Below, in pieces: positions 14,968 through 30,305 of a DNA stretch of 64,000 nucleotides. The number at the start of each line of letters is the position of its first letter. The stretch's first letter is position 1. The translations under genes and the position numbers were made by a program. The stretch is from Lytechinus pictus (lineage: Eukaryota), in assembly GCF_037042905.1 (NCBI RefSeq), contig NC_087246.1, forward strand, positions 2,792,001-2,856,000. The letters are read 5' to 3'. The notes beneath the pieces are model-generated. The model saw only the letters and a program-made list of their open reading frames with translations. It had not been told where the DNA came from and did not search any database.

Positions 14968-15195
14968 GTTGAGCGTTGTGGCACGCACCTGTAATCCAAG
15001 CTACATTAGGTAAGTTACAAATTGATGCAGATATTCAAGGTTCAAGTCCTCGTCATGTCTTTCCGGTGTTAAATGTTGGTCCCAGACATAATTCTAATTG
15101 ATAGTGATACTCATCTGTTAAAACTCTAACACACACATGCATCAATCCAGTTTTGCAGATAAGCAGTAAATAATTAATTTTTGAAAAAAAAATAG
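14968..15195 (+). mobile_element. SINE-like repeat with a 7SL (SRP RNA Alu-domain)-like head
   Basis: GTTGAGCGTTGTGGCACGCACCTGTAATCCAAGCTAC aligns ungapped at 27/37 with the 5' end of human 7SL as recalled; B-box-like GGTTCAAGTCC at 15039-15049; A-rich stretch near 15190. Confidence 0.45.
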
Positions 15196-16081
15196 GATTG
15201 AAGCAAGGTTTAAAATAATCTATCACAGCTATAAAAATCCTTATAACAATTTGTGTGGTTAAAAAAAACATACTTTTGCCTTTAGCATAATGTATACTAC
15301 AAAATGCTAAAGGCAAAAATAAAGTATCAAAAGAAAGGAAAGAAAGTGAGAGAGAGAAGTATATTATGTGCATTACATGTGCATCAATTTGTATTTTCAG
15401 ATAATACCCAAAAGCAGAAAAATATATATTTAACAGCTGGAATAGAAATTGAAAAGATGGTGGCAAGATTTAAAAGGATGTGATTAATATCTTTATACAT
15501 ATGATGCAAAATTTGATGATACAAGCAACCTTTACAATAATAAACATGTATCCAGAACCTATTTCTTGATCTGGACACAAATAATCCCATTATCTGATGC
15601 GTGTAACCTACACTCAGCCACCACTGTACACACAGAGAGTAAAACACACCCAGTTATAAACTACAGGTACATGGCTCGGTTTGGAGATGAAATCATCACA
15701 AAGTCATTTGTCAGTGTACATCTAGATGAAGAAGACGGCTCATTAATATCATTATCGGGCAAGACAATTATGCCCCTGGCAAGATGGATGAAAGTAGGTC
15801 ACCTTTCACTTCAGCTTTTATATAGTAACCTGGTTTTGACAAGAAGCAAGTTCGAATCTGCCCACTCAAGCTCAAGTATCATACTAAACCTTCACCAACT
15901 GAAATCAATTGAGTGTTTAAATTAATGCGCACCTCTGAAATGATAGGATTCTAATACAATGAAATTTCTATGAAAATTGAAAAGTCACCATTTTCAATCT
16001 GGTCTATCAATTATTACGTACATGTATGTACATTCATACTTCATAGGTAATATTATTGCGTACGTATTAACAATACGTTAA

Positions 16082-16665
16082 AGGAGAATGAAACCCTTGA
16101 AACCAGCTGAATCCATATCAAAGAGAAAAATCAAAGAAACATATTGTTGAAAGTTTGAGGAAGATTGAATGAATAATAAGAAAGTTATGAGCATTTGAAT
16201 ATTGAGATCACTAATGCCATGTAGATCCTCCCATTGGCAATGCGACCAAGATCTGTGATGTCACACACGTACAACTCCCTCATTACTTTAGTACTTATTT
16301 CACTTATATTCTCACTTTTATAGAGTCTATCACAAGGTGAGGTGTTCTCTTTATGAGAGGACAAGTACAGAGGTTTCACAACATTATATCATTGATGAAT
16401 CGTTTGTCATATGATTAGAATGAGCAAAAAGAGATGTTTTGGGGTATATTTTCAGTGTCCAAAAGGGGAGAGTTGTTCATCTGTGACATCATAGATCTTG
16501 GTCGCATTGCCAATGGGAGGATCTCCATAGCATTAGTGATCTCGACATTCAAATGCTCATAACTCTTCTTTTGCTAGTCCTATTATACTCAAACTTTTGT
16601 TGATCTTATTCTTTGATTTTTCTGCTTTCACAAAAGCTAACTTGCTCCAAGAGTTTCATTCTCCT
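16082..16665. mobile_element. MITE with TTAA target duplication and AGGAG termini (T2/Kolobok-like), copy 1
   Basis: TTAA|AGGAGAATGAAAC...GTTTCATTCTCCT|TTAA, internal inverted blocks, near-identical second copy at 48548-49136. Confidence 0.9.
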
Positions 16666-16669
16666 TTAA

Positions 16670-17130
16670 GTGCCACGCCAAGCACGTGACCAAATTTCAT
16701 GAGAATTGGTTGAAAAATGATGAAGCAGATTTTTACCTAATTTTCGCAAATATAATGCTGTTTCCATAGCAACATGATTTCTGACACATGCAAAAAATGA
16801 GTCTGACACATCTTTACCTCAAAAAAAATGTGAGCCAAAATTCATGAGAATTGGTTGAAAACTAATGAAGTGATTCAAACCGAAAATTTTTTACTTAATT
16901 TTTGCCATAATATAAATGTACCATTACCATGGAATAACATGATTTCCGACACACACACAAAATATATAGATCTCGCACATCTATACCCTAAGATCAATGT
17001 GTTTCAAATTTCATGAGAATCGGTTAAAAAGTGGTTTGAACCACAAGATTTGCAACAGACTGATGTCCGCCTACCAGCCCATTGATTCCTACTTACCAAT
17101 ACCCTTCAAACTTCGTTGGCTGGGGTATTA
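16670..17130 (+). mobile_element. Non-autonomous Helentron/DINE-1-like element with three internal ~140-160 bp repeats
   Basis: Three copies of AAATTTCATGAGAAT(T/C)GGTT; 3' stem-loop ATACCC...GGGTAT followed by an AT tail. Confidence 0.5.
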
Positions 17131-20100
17131 ATATAATAATAATAATAGTACTTATGTTGCTAAGTTTTGATTAATAATGGTACCAATCCAAGGAAAGCCT
17201 CATGTACATATATGTACATGTACAAGTAATTGGCTTGCCATCCCCCCCCCCCAAAAAAAAAAAAAAAACCTCATCAGTATCAGGGAGTATTCATTTCTGG
17301 GCCGCCAATGTAAACAAGTCTAATGCAATCTATATTGAGTAATCAACAATATAAACAACTATTTTTCCCATCAGAGAAAGAACCTATTTCTTGTCATAAA
17401 GAAGCTGGTTACTCATTTGTTTCAATGGAACATTAATGGCCTTCTCTGTCTGTTAACAAACAATTGATTGATGTCTGGGACTTTTTTTACTTGATGCTGC
17501 TGTGTCAAATCACTATTACATCTGCTACATTTATAGGCTAAAGACGTCATTAAGCTGAAGGCCAGGTGGAGCTCCAGATCGCTAGTGTGGAGAGTTCACA
17601 TCAGCCCAAGCTTGTTCAAGCTCAACATTTTAGCACCTTCTTGAGAAAAAGCTGAAATTCTCAAATCTTGTGGTTTGAATCTGTGAAAAACGAGATGGGA
17701 CTATCGTGATGCATCATTGGACTCAGTGTTTTGAACAGAGTATGATGGTCTGGTAATCCAGCATCATCAATAAATTAACAAAGCCAAATATTAAGTGTGT
17801 CTTCCCCTTCAAATTAATGTACTGTAGTTTAATGTAAGCTACATTGAGGTGAAATCTACTTGAACCTGCTCAAGTTCCAAACTGGTAGCATGTACTATTT
17901 AGAAAAATAAGACTGATGAAAAAAAGATCTATTGAAGTCTATTTCACTGTACATGTATCCTGTTACAAGCCAAGACTCATTTTCAATTCAATTCTCATTT
18001 AGAAATTCACAATCAGATGGGGCTTGCATCATCAGCTAATAAAGGAGTTTTCATTTGCTGCAACATGGACGTAGTACTCATCAATGGAAAGTGAAAGTCA
18101 ACTTATCGACTGCTCACGTTTATCCACTGAAGAAGAACATTGTTAATTTCAGTCAACGTCCCCCTTAATACCGGACACAACATCAAACAACGTGATAGTG
18201 AGTGGGCTGGAACCTGCTGCTTGGCCTGGAGGATTAGCCATACCATCACATAACAAACCAGTCTTGAGGGTGCAACTTGTGCACACTTGCTCTTCCACAT
18301 GCTTAAAAACCTTTTTAAGAATAAGATAAGGAGAATACATCTTTTTCTTAACATGATTTTGAAGTCATTGAGAATTGTGGTTTTTGAGGAGAGATGCAAG
18401 CTAGCGCATCTCGATGGATTTAATCGCCACAACTCTGGCAGGGTCTGGCTGCCATGCCCGCTGACCACTGCGGCTAGATCTAATCATGGAGGCAAGAATC
18501 CCGCCATTGCAAATGTCGCGCTAAAAACAAAAAGGCAAAAACCTTTGGAAATGGAATATTAATTACATGTGCCTACTGTACATGTACATGTAGGGGCTAT
18601 AAAGAACATGATAAATGAAATTTAATGGAAGAGTAGGTAACAACTAGCAGTAACTTATAAATATGTACTTGGTTCATAAATGAGTATGACGGTGCAAATC
18701 CGATTGGAAATGTTTTTTTTTATTTTAGAAGTAAAAGTATGCAATATGCGATCAGCCAATAGCACAGGCATGTTTGCATTTGAAATGTCAATAATTTTCA
18801 TTTGACACTGATGATAGAAGAAAAATAAAAGCCTTTTTAGTCACTATGCACAAACTCCAGTTATACGATGTTTGAAGATACAAACATCAATTTAGAACTG
18901 AAAGGTAAATAAAGAAGGCTTTGAATAATCTCAGTAATTACTACCTATAGCCTTGGGTGATTAACAGACTCGAATGGTAATGACATGTTGCCAGAAATGC
19001 AATTCGATTCCCATGGAGCCAAATGGGGAATCCTATTTGAAATTGGTTCTCATGAAAACATGTGCACAGAAATCTGCTTATCAGCACACAAGGGATAAAA
19101 TCAAATATTTTATGTGCATACATGTATTCTCGGACACATCGGTGCAGATTCTTCCATTCTATCGCAACAAAAAAAATCAAAGCAAATGAAATCTCCTTTT
19201 ACAATATTAATGCATCAAATTATACATGAGACCTGATTCATTACCTTTACTTTGAAAAATGTTTAGACTCTATTAATAAACAAGTGGTTCACCTGCAAGG
19301 ACAAAAAACAAACAAAAAAAACTTCCCCAAAAGTTACCGACACTTCACATCTTTACATCCATGAAATTACCATCTATTTTCCATATTTCCTTGAAATCAC
19401 TTTGAATTATTTGGAAATTATCAAGAAAAAGAAGAATATTCTCTTAAGTTCTTTCTTGACTCTAAAAGATTACTTTCAGTTTAAGTCACACTAGATCTAC
19501 ATGGAGATCATTCTGTCTTATTTTTGTCATACATGTACCCCCCCCCCCCATCACATCAGTCTGTTGCTCATATTTTTGGTTCACCATCATGTCCTCCCTT
19601 TCTTTAGAGGCATATCTATGGTTTCAATCATTTGTCAAAGATATATTAATATTTCCCCATCTACCAGTATCTGATTTTCTTCTTTTTTCATTATCCAGCC
19701 CTCCTGGACATCATTATACCCCTTCCATTATCTTAATTCAAATTATTTTGTATTTTTTGGTAACATTTTCCCTCCCCTGTTTTTGCATCACTTCAACCTC
19801 TCTCCCTTGTTTTCATTTCCTAAATCCTTCTTTGATTATAGGCCTATTCTAGATCCTTCAATTCATCTTTATTTTTTAAGATACCTCTATCCTTCCCTTT
19901 ATGTTCTCCTTTTTTCATACTCCCATCAATATCTACTGCTGTCATGTACATGTATGACTTCATACACCAGAGAGCTCTGTTGGCAATCTCAACATTGGAT
20001 GAACACACTCAAATTGGAACATGTGGGATTGAAATGTGGAAACAATGGGCCGTTTAGGTTACTATCATTTACAACACTGACATCGGTGTACATTTTTTAC

Positions 20101-20785
20101 ATAACTGTATCGCAAAATTACAATGCACAAGATATTTTTATTATTCATTTTGAAGTTACCTTGAAGTTACCCTTTGTGGCTAGTGAAGAAAAAAGGTGAA
20201 TTTTACAGTTTTTTTCATTTTGGATGTCCTACCCTCAATTTCACATTTTATCAGAACTGCCAACCTGTAAAAGAAGTAAAGTATTACTCCAGAAGCTCAA
20301 AAGTCATGATTTAGAGATTTAAAAAATTTCCACATTTAAAAAATTTCATAAACGCTGCATGGTATTATAAATTTCTTTGAAGTGGTAATAAATAGACAAG
20401 ATACCTAACAATGATGTGGCATATTTGCAAAGACATGTAAATATAAATGATGCACATGGGGATAATGTCCTGACATTTTTTGTTGCTCTTTATTACAATG
20501 TACCTCTACAGCAGATTGATGATTTAGTGTTTCTGTGTTTCTGAATATCATGTGCTCCACTATCTGGTAAGCAAATGTTGCATCAAGCATGTTTTCACCT
20601 ATGGGAGAAAGTATTAGCCTATACGACTAGGACCGCAGACATTTCCAAAATGTCATCTCTAGGATACTGACCAAGAGCAAGGTGAGTCCAAAGAAAAATA
20701 ACAAGTATCTAGGATTTTTCCCATCTCCAGCACATCTTAATACTGCAATGGATGAAATATGATCCAAGCTTAACCAGCTTGATTA

Positions 20786-23013
<2,228 letters not shown>

Positions 23014-23069
23014 ACATCTCTCATGGAATCAACTGCGTCTGCTTTGATAATATCTTTGATATCGATGAT
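23014..23069 (-). CDS. ERK: ERK exon 3 (IIDIKDIIKADAVDSMRD + GT), 56 nt
   Basis: Fills exactly the gap between ...HEN and YIVQ...; acceptor ctctctttgatcacag, U12 donor. Not in the ORF track. Confidence 0.95.
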
Positions 23070-23415
23070 CTGTGATCAAAGAGAGAAAAAAATGAGAAAA
23101 AATATATCAACACACCATTCTGTACGTACATGTATACACCACTCTCTTCAGACATGGAGTAATTTCACATGAAACACAAAGATTAAAAACAACTTATCGT
23201 GTGATAGGTCAACTGACAACAAAAGTAGCAAACTGCATAAAATCACTCAATTTGTTTAAACCTGTTTCTCATCCACCCCCCTCCCCCTCTCCTACCCCCT
23301 TTACACGTAAGCTTTCCTAGCTGATTAATGATAATTTTGTAAATTATGGTAATAGATTTAACATTTTCACTCTCATTTACACATGCTGTACACCTTTGGT
23401 ATTCAGCCTCAAATG

Positions 23416-24605
23416 CAGAGCTGCCAACCACACTTCAACAAAAATCCTATTATTTAACCCCAAAAATCCTATTTTTAGACAAAAAATCCTATTCATACCC
23501 ATCGTGTACTTTCCTATCATACATCTCATTATTTTGCTGTGCCAACTGTAATTTTTACATGTACATTATGTATACGACAGGTTTGAATAGGATTAGGGGG
23601 GGTAAATTCATAGGTTCTTCATTTTATAGTAACATAATTACATGCATGACTGATAGGTTACCTCATTTACATGTGGGACCCTGATGCAGCTGCTGATGTC
23701 GCTGCTCCTTTGCACTTACTTAATAGATTATCACTGAATTTCATTTCAAAGCATGACCTTAACAAGTTGGGTAAAGTGATCCGCCGTTGCAAAGGGCAAG
23801 TTATGTTCTATAAAAAAATTCGCCATCAGCGTCTCCGCTCTGATAACAGAAAAATCTGTTTTTGTCCAAAATGTAGCAAGTGTTGTCACGTTTTTCATGG
23901 CTTCCACAGCTTGTCGATGCTTCTGCCGACTTAGGTGCAAGCTGATGTCCTTCGCACCGCCATGCGATATCGAGAAGTCACATGCACATGCCGTACATCG
24001 AGCGGTGTAATCGTTCTTCTTGCTGGCCACTATGCATTGCCACCTAGTCGTATATTCGGATAGGAATGTTCGTCTCCGTGATGATCCAGATCCTTTCGAT
24101 GCCATGATGAATATTACAGAATTAACTCTCTTTGTCCGTTGTTCAAAATATGATCACAGACACAAACGACGACGGTGCTCAAGACGAGTACGAGGCCGGC
24201 CGGAGCATGCGGTATCGTCAGCCAGGCCAGCGCGCTAGTACCGTACCGGTAGCTACACAGTGAATTTAGCTTCGCACCAAAGATGATAAAGCGCCGCGAG
24301 ATTCGCACACAGTACATGCATAAGCATGCACGCGCGCACACATGAGTCCTGGATTGGCCATGGCTGCGCTAGCGCTGGGAACATCGTACTTGCCTGTTGT
24401 GCACACACACAACGTAATACCGCGCTCGCTATATACGAGCGCGGTATTACGTACGTAATGCCAATGAGATATACACACACATAATACACGGATGCACATA
24501 GCTATATTTTCGTAAAATCGTATTTTATTTAGAAAAATCGTAGTGTCGTATTTTAAGTGAAAAATCGTACGGAATACGACAAAATCCTACTATTTGGCAG
24601 CTCTG
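23416..24605 (-). mobile_element. Internally deleted hAT-like DNA transposon with a 6-bp target duplication
   Basis: TIRs CAGAGCTGCCAA...TTGGCAGCTCTG; flanking CAAATG on both sides; subterminal AAAATC(C/G)TA repeats; carries a transposase N-terminus. Confidence 0.85.
23746..24105 (-). pseudogene. Truncated transposase N-terminus with a BED-like zinc finger
   Basis: ARCTAC..DFSISHGG.KDI..H....KH (CxxC...HxxxxxH) followed by AE.LMA.F..EHNLPF..ADH...LVK.M, typical of hAT-group transposases; ends before the catalytic domain. Confidence 0.8.
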
Positions 24606-25999
24606 CAAATGTAATGTATACACTTTTTTATACAAAATTTGCACAGCCAAGTGAAAATTTTCAGTAGTACAGTTTGAAGATGGGCAAGAGTAAACAACAT
24701 GAATATTGTATTACAGATCACATACATAAACTGGTAAGATGATATTCTCTTCTTCTCTGTTTACAAGCAATTTTTTAGAGCTGTGCAGCTCCAGAGGCAT
24801 TGCTCCATTACTATTATTAAACCTACACAGGCAAAAGGTCTTTATGTAAGAATATCACAAAAACAAATATTGTTTGAACAGTGAAATAATACAAATTTCT
24901 TCTTTTTGGCATTGGAATAGTAAAGATCTACAGGGAAATGAGACAAAAACACTGAAGGGGCAGTTTATCATCTACAGTGTATAATCTATTAATGTTTAAA
25001 CACAAATTATGAAATGTTACATCGAGATCCTCTTGCAATGCAAACTTCTTGTGAGAAAATTTAATGTTGAGGGATTTACACGAATGAATTGGAGCATAAA
25101 TTTTTTAATTAATTTCATAAGAAAAAAAATAACTTCTGTTTGTTTCCATAACTAGGGAAGTAACCACTCCCAAGGCCATTTTATTTCTTACATAGTGTCA
25201 TTTCATTTTTAGAACTGAATATGAAGCTACAGTACGAAGAAGTTCAGAATTACATTCAGAAGCATACATTGGGGGCTTCTGTCCCATACATGGTGTGCTT
25301 TCAATATGCTTTTTAATTAAAAACTTTAATAAAATAGAGTTCAGTGTTGTACTTTTCTTCACAGCTTAACACAAGTTCATCAATAAAATGCTTTCAGAGA
25401 ATTTTTAACTTGAATCTCTTTTGAAAAATTCCTTTTTGTGGTCCCATACATACATGTAAAGTGGTACATTTTTGTTGAAAAAAATTACCCAAGACCAAAT
25501 GTCGTCAAACTCCACAACATTCTTTTCATGCATCTGCCATACTATAACATCACAGAAAAATCCAAATGCTCTTTAAAAAAATTTCAGAGGTAGAAAATAT
25601 GAATGTCCCAAATGTAAGATGCACAATATCTTAACTTGCCCTCATGTTTTGGTTGCTAATGAGTTCAACAAATACAAACTTTTATTTGGAATCAATGAAA
25701 TTATTATTTTTTTAATCACCTCCTGATAGGATATACTTCTCTTGTTTCCCCCTGAAAAACATGATGACCAATCATCATACATGTACATGCAGTGATCAAA
25801 AGAATGAATGAAAAATTCTATTTAAAATTCAACCACTATTTTGGAGCAAGAAAATTGTACGTAAGATTATGGCTTAATATACATATGCTGTACACAGACA
25901 GTACAGTAACTTTCAAACAATTACGAAAAAGTTTTATTATAATAGGAAGCTAAACCGCTAACAATTAGTAATGAAATAATTCTGAGAAAATAAACTCAC

Positions 26000-26126
26000 A
26001 TTTTCATGAGAGAAGCGTGTTAGTATTTTGATCTCTCTCAGGGTTCTTTGGCAGTATGTCTGGTGCTCAAATGGACTGATTTTCTTGATGGCCACCTTAT
26101 CACCTTTTATGGTGTCAACTGCACTA
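26000..26126 (-). CDS. ERK: ERK exon 2 ([42 protein letters not shown])
   Basis: VAIKK and alphaC (RTLREIKIL); acceptor ttttccatttgcag, donor gtgagt. Confidence 0.99.
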
Positions 26127-26259
26127 CTGCAAATGGAAAAACAAAACAGAGAAAAAAAACATTGAAATATGAGACACATTTTTATTTCAACAGATGCTAA
26201 TAATTCTGTTTCTTCATTACTTCAGAGTGAAGGTTATAGATTGAATATGGTATTATTCA

Positions 26260-27003
26260 AGGGGAAATTTCACCCTGAAAAAGCTCATCGCAAAAATACA
26301 TGTAAGAGAGAAAATAATTTAAAAAATATTGGTGAATGTTTGAGGAAAATCCATCAAAGATTTTAAAAAAGTTATATTAAATAGAATTTTAATTTCTTTT
26401 TCTTTGTGATGTCATATATCCAAGCAGCTTCTCTATTTTTCATGTAGTAAAAAATCAATAGAATTCGACAAAACTTGAAAATGGTTTCTAATATTCTATT
26501 GCGCCTTCAGTATTATCACAAATTATTTCAAACCCGCTCCTCAAATAATTTTTGTGTTTAGTCATCATGACATGATATTTATGCATTTTATATAACATAT
26601 TAAACAAAGAGGCAGCTGCCCGTACATGTCTATGACGTCACATATCAAAAATTTAAAATTCTAATAACTTTCTTTAAAGTGATCATTTCACTTTGTTCTG
26701 ATTTTTGAAAAAAATCATTTTGGTTCTTGAAAATGGGCTAAACATTAGGCCTTTAGTGTAAAAATACCATCCCCAAAGTTTCAAGGTATCATATCTACAG
26801 GAACAAAGGTTTTTTAGGACAAATACAGCCACTCATACACATGTTTCATCTCAGTTTGAGGATTTTTTAAATCAGTTGCTCACAAAGTGAAACGATCCCT
26901 TTTTATCTTTGATAGGTTTTTCTCAAACCTTCAGAATTGTTTTTTATTCTTTTTTCTGGTACCTATTTTAACAACAAACTTTTCTTCAGGGTGAACTTCC
27001 TCT
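26260..27003. mobile_element. MITE of the AGGGGAAGTTCACCCTGA family carrying a nested element at 26678-26900
   Basis: Ends AGGGGAAATTTCACCCTGAA / TTCAGGGTGAACTTCCTCT|TTAA; colinear with 30306-30841 except for the insert, which has TIRs AGTGATCATTTCACTTTG / CAAAGTGAAACGATCCCT. Confidence 0.75.
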
Positions 27004-27051
27004 TTAAATCTAGATTTAACTGCAAAACGGGGCAGCACATATTATTCAAAA

Positions 27052-27950
27052 GGGCCGTCTGCACCATCCCGAGTTTTCAAATTAGCGCGCTATTTCTGAT
27101 CCGGCAAATTATCCCGATCTGAAAAATCTCGAGATAGTTTGCAGTGGAGACGCAATTATCGCGCTAGTTCGTAGGATTAATCTCGAGATTGCAATCCCAA
27201 GTCAACTCGGGTTTATTTGCGTAATAGCGCGCTATTTTACGAATTATCCCGCTAATTCATAGGTGCAGACGCACTCGAGATTGGACTCGGGGTAATTTAT
27301 TCATGACGTCAGTCCATAATGCAATTCGCGTTCCACTTCCGCCTTGGTCAAAACATAAACACGTGCGAAAGTCAACTTTATACATGCGAATAGATATTAT
27401 TGCGAATAGCGTTCATCAATTGCCTAATCAGCAACGATGGTGTCCCACCAGTGAATGGATTTTGGGAGAGACCAGACCGATGGGGAGGCGCTCATTATCG
27501 ACGATGGTCATAGTCAATAACAACACTGACAGCAGTGTCGTCTTAATTCTTTCACAAAATGTGAGCAAATAGCATTTCTTTCCTCCTTCTCTCCCTCTCT
27601 CTCTCTCTTTGTCGTTGCCTCCTACTCCGCCATCGAAGAATACATCACTTCTTCACTTGCTGAGCTGAGAGGATTGTTGCATAACACCGGTCGAATTCGG
27701 CGAAAGTGCTAGTGAAAGGAGTACATTGCTTGCATATCGCGGGAAGTTATTCAAAAGCGTGGGCCATTGAAATTCCAAGATCCGAAAGTGCGCATGCTCA
27801 GAATATCGGGTTTGTTGCCTCACTCGAGCAGGAATCGCTCTTCTTGCGATGGTGGAGACGGGGTTTCTTGAATCTCGAGATTAATCGCGAAGTGGGCCGA
27901 TCGGGCTAAAATCTCGAGATTGAGCAAACTCGGGATGGTGCAGCACTGCC
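27052..27950. mobile_element. CpG-rich non-autonomous DNA transposon (PIF/Harbinger-like termini)
   Basis: Inverted ends CTGCACCATCCCGAGTTT / AAACTCGGGATGGTGCAG; repeated palindrome AATCTCGAGAT(T). Confidence 0.7.
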
Positions 27951-30305
27951 TATAGACTGTAGACATGATGCTATTCCATTATGATTTCACTGGATCCCAG
28001 TTAAACAAAGGACATTATTTAATGTCCTCTTGAATACATATAAATCATTCCATGTCAAGTACCAGTGTACATGTATATTAAAGGGGGGCACTTCAGGTAG
28101 ACAATGCTGGAAAAGAAAACTTGCAATCAAATTAAAAAAAATCTCTTTCAACAGTAATATTCAGTTAGCTGCAGCAGGGTAGGTGATTGTACTTTTACAG
28201 AATTTGCTGTAGCAAGAGAATTTAAACTTCCTTTCATTCTATCTGAATGATAGATAACTAAAGCCTGTCTTTAGTTTGGGTCAAGAATCAGTAATGTGAA
28301 CAAACAGCAAGTATCATCAAACATTGCAATATTTAAGCATAGTTATAGTATACATTTTAACCCATTATAATTTGAATATGGCATTTTTCAGGCCATTAGG
28401 ATTTAAATTGAAATCTAGCACTCTCTCTCTGTGATGTTTTTATTTTCATTTAAAATAGCTGTTTGAGTACTTACTTCACATATTTAGTAATTGGATATAT
28501 CAGACAGCTACAGAACATTGTATCCTGAAATTTTCACCCCATTCCAGGCTTGAGAAGATGTTTTATACACCAGAGAAAAATATGCAGATATTCTATTTCG
28601 ATCAACACCTGATATAATTAAAATCTGATGTACATGTAATTTTGAAATTAGCAACTTTTAATATCCAATAAAACACATCTTTATCCATATCCTTCAAACC
28701 ACAAGCATTTGAGAGCACATAGTAGTAATGAAAGCAAATAGTGACATGCAAGGGGGAATTTACCAAAAACAAAGATAAGCTTTTTATAATAAGAAATAGC
28801 TGAAATTCACCTTTAAGGATGTAAATTTCATTCTTTTTTTTCCAAGAGCTGCTTGCAATTCCTGTAAAAATTGTGTTTAACCCGAGTCAGGGTAAATAAC
28901 AATTTTTTGATTTACTGGTATATCACTGACAAGCTAAAATTTCATAATTGTTAAAACAGTTTGTATATTACAATAATTTCAATTGTATACACATACATGT
29001 GTACATGCAGGCCTAAATTACATTGTACATGTATGTACAGTGTACATGTAGATGGTTGAATAGAGGTCCAAACACTCTTCTATATTAATTTTGGTCATAC
29101 TTTTTCTGTTCCAATGTTAGATTTAATACACTTAATATACATGTACATGCATGCATGCTGCGTTCATACCAACATTAAATATTCATGTGATAGGGCTCCA
29201 ATCATATGACATGTATATGACATGGATGTCTTGATATGGTCAGACATCTGTGAAATACATTAAAATCCTTCACAACGCATACATGTATAGCACAATAACA
29301 CATTCATGGGTTCCCATCTTTCTTCAGTGGCATATACATTATAATTTAGGCCTACATACATGAACTGTTACATGTGAAACACAATTCCATAATAGGCCTA
29401 TATGTACATGCTATAAACCCCGGGGCTATAAAACACTGTGAACAGTTTTGATCAGCATATATTCCACTGATGCAAAGTTGTTTTTTGTTGGATTTTGCTT
29501 TAATGACTTTGCATGATTTAAATTTACAATTAATTTATTAGCAGTTAAATACAGTTTATGTATTGGCAGTTATGAATATTTCGCTCATCAGTGATATACC
29601 AGTAAATCCAAAATTCATGGTATAGATCTCCATGTATGACACTGATTAGATTTACAATGATTGTCACTGACTTTTGAGTAATTCAAATCTGTTTGCCTGA
29701 AAAGTTGTGTTTTCCATGAAATCATTTTTTCCTCTCTTTAGTTTTGATACTGTCATAGAAACGTTGTTACGAGTACTGTACATGTATGTGCAGTAGGACT
29801 GACTCCTTGGCTTTTCTGTTGGCCAGGGTTACATGTACATGTACAACTACCCAATCAGAGAATACTGTATTGATATTACATGCCTTGTGAAAAGGCCAAA
29901 TTATAGAAAACGTATTATGTTCCATGTGCATGTGCTCAAAGAACACTAAGAATGAAAAAAATGTTCAACAGCCACTACATTTTTGTTAATTACTAAGGGT
30001 CAAATTGACCCTCAGTAATTACCAAATGTTTAGTCCTAGAAGATGGGCTTTTATATCACATGAACATGTGATTAGAACAGAAGATAATTTTGTATAAAGC
30101 TTTAATACATTCTCAATGTTAATGCAAATGAACAATCTTGTCTTCCAAGAAATGATGATTCACGTGTTCATGTTTACATTTTAATTCAGAACCCAGCCCT
30201 GTTCTCTACAGGAGAGTGGGGAGTGGGGATAATGAGCCCCCCCCCCACAAGTAAATGGGGCCACCAGATGGTTTTTAGCTCACTGCTCATGTATATCAGT
30301 GTTAA

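Noticed and set aside
15566..15925. 119-aa ORF in intron 4
   Set aside because: Non-ATG start, no recognisable motif or splice context.
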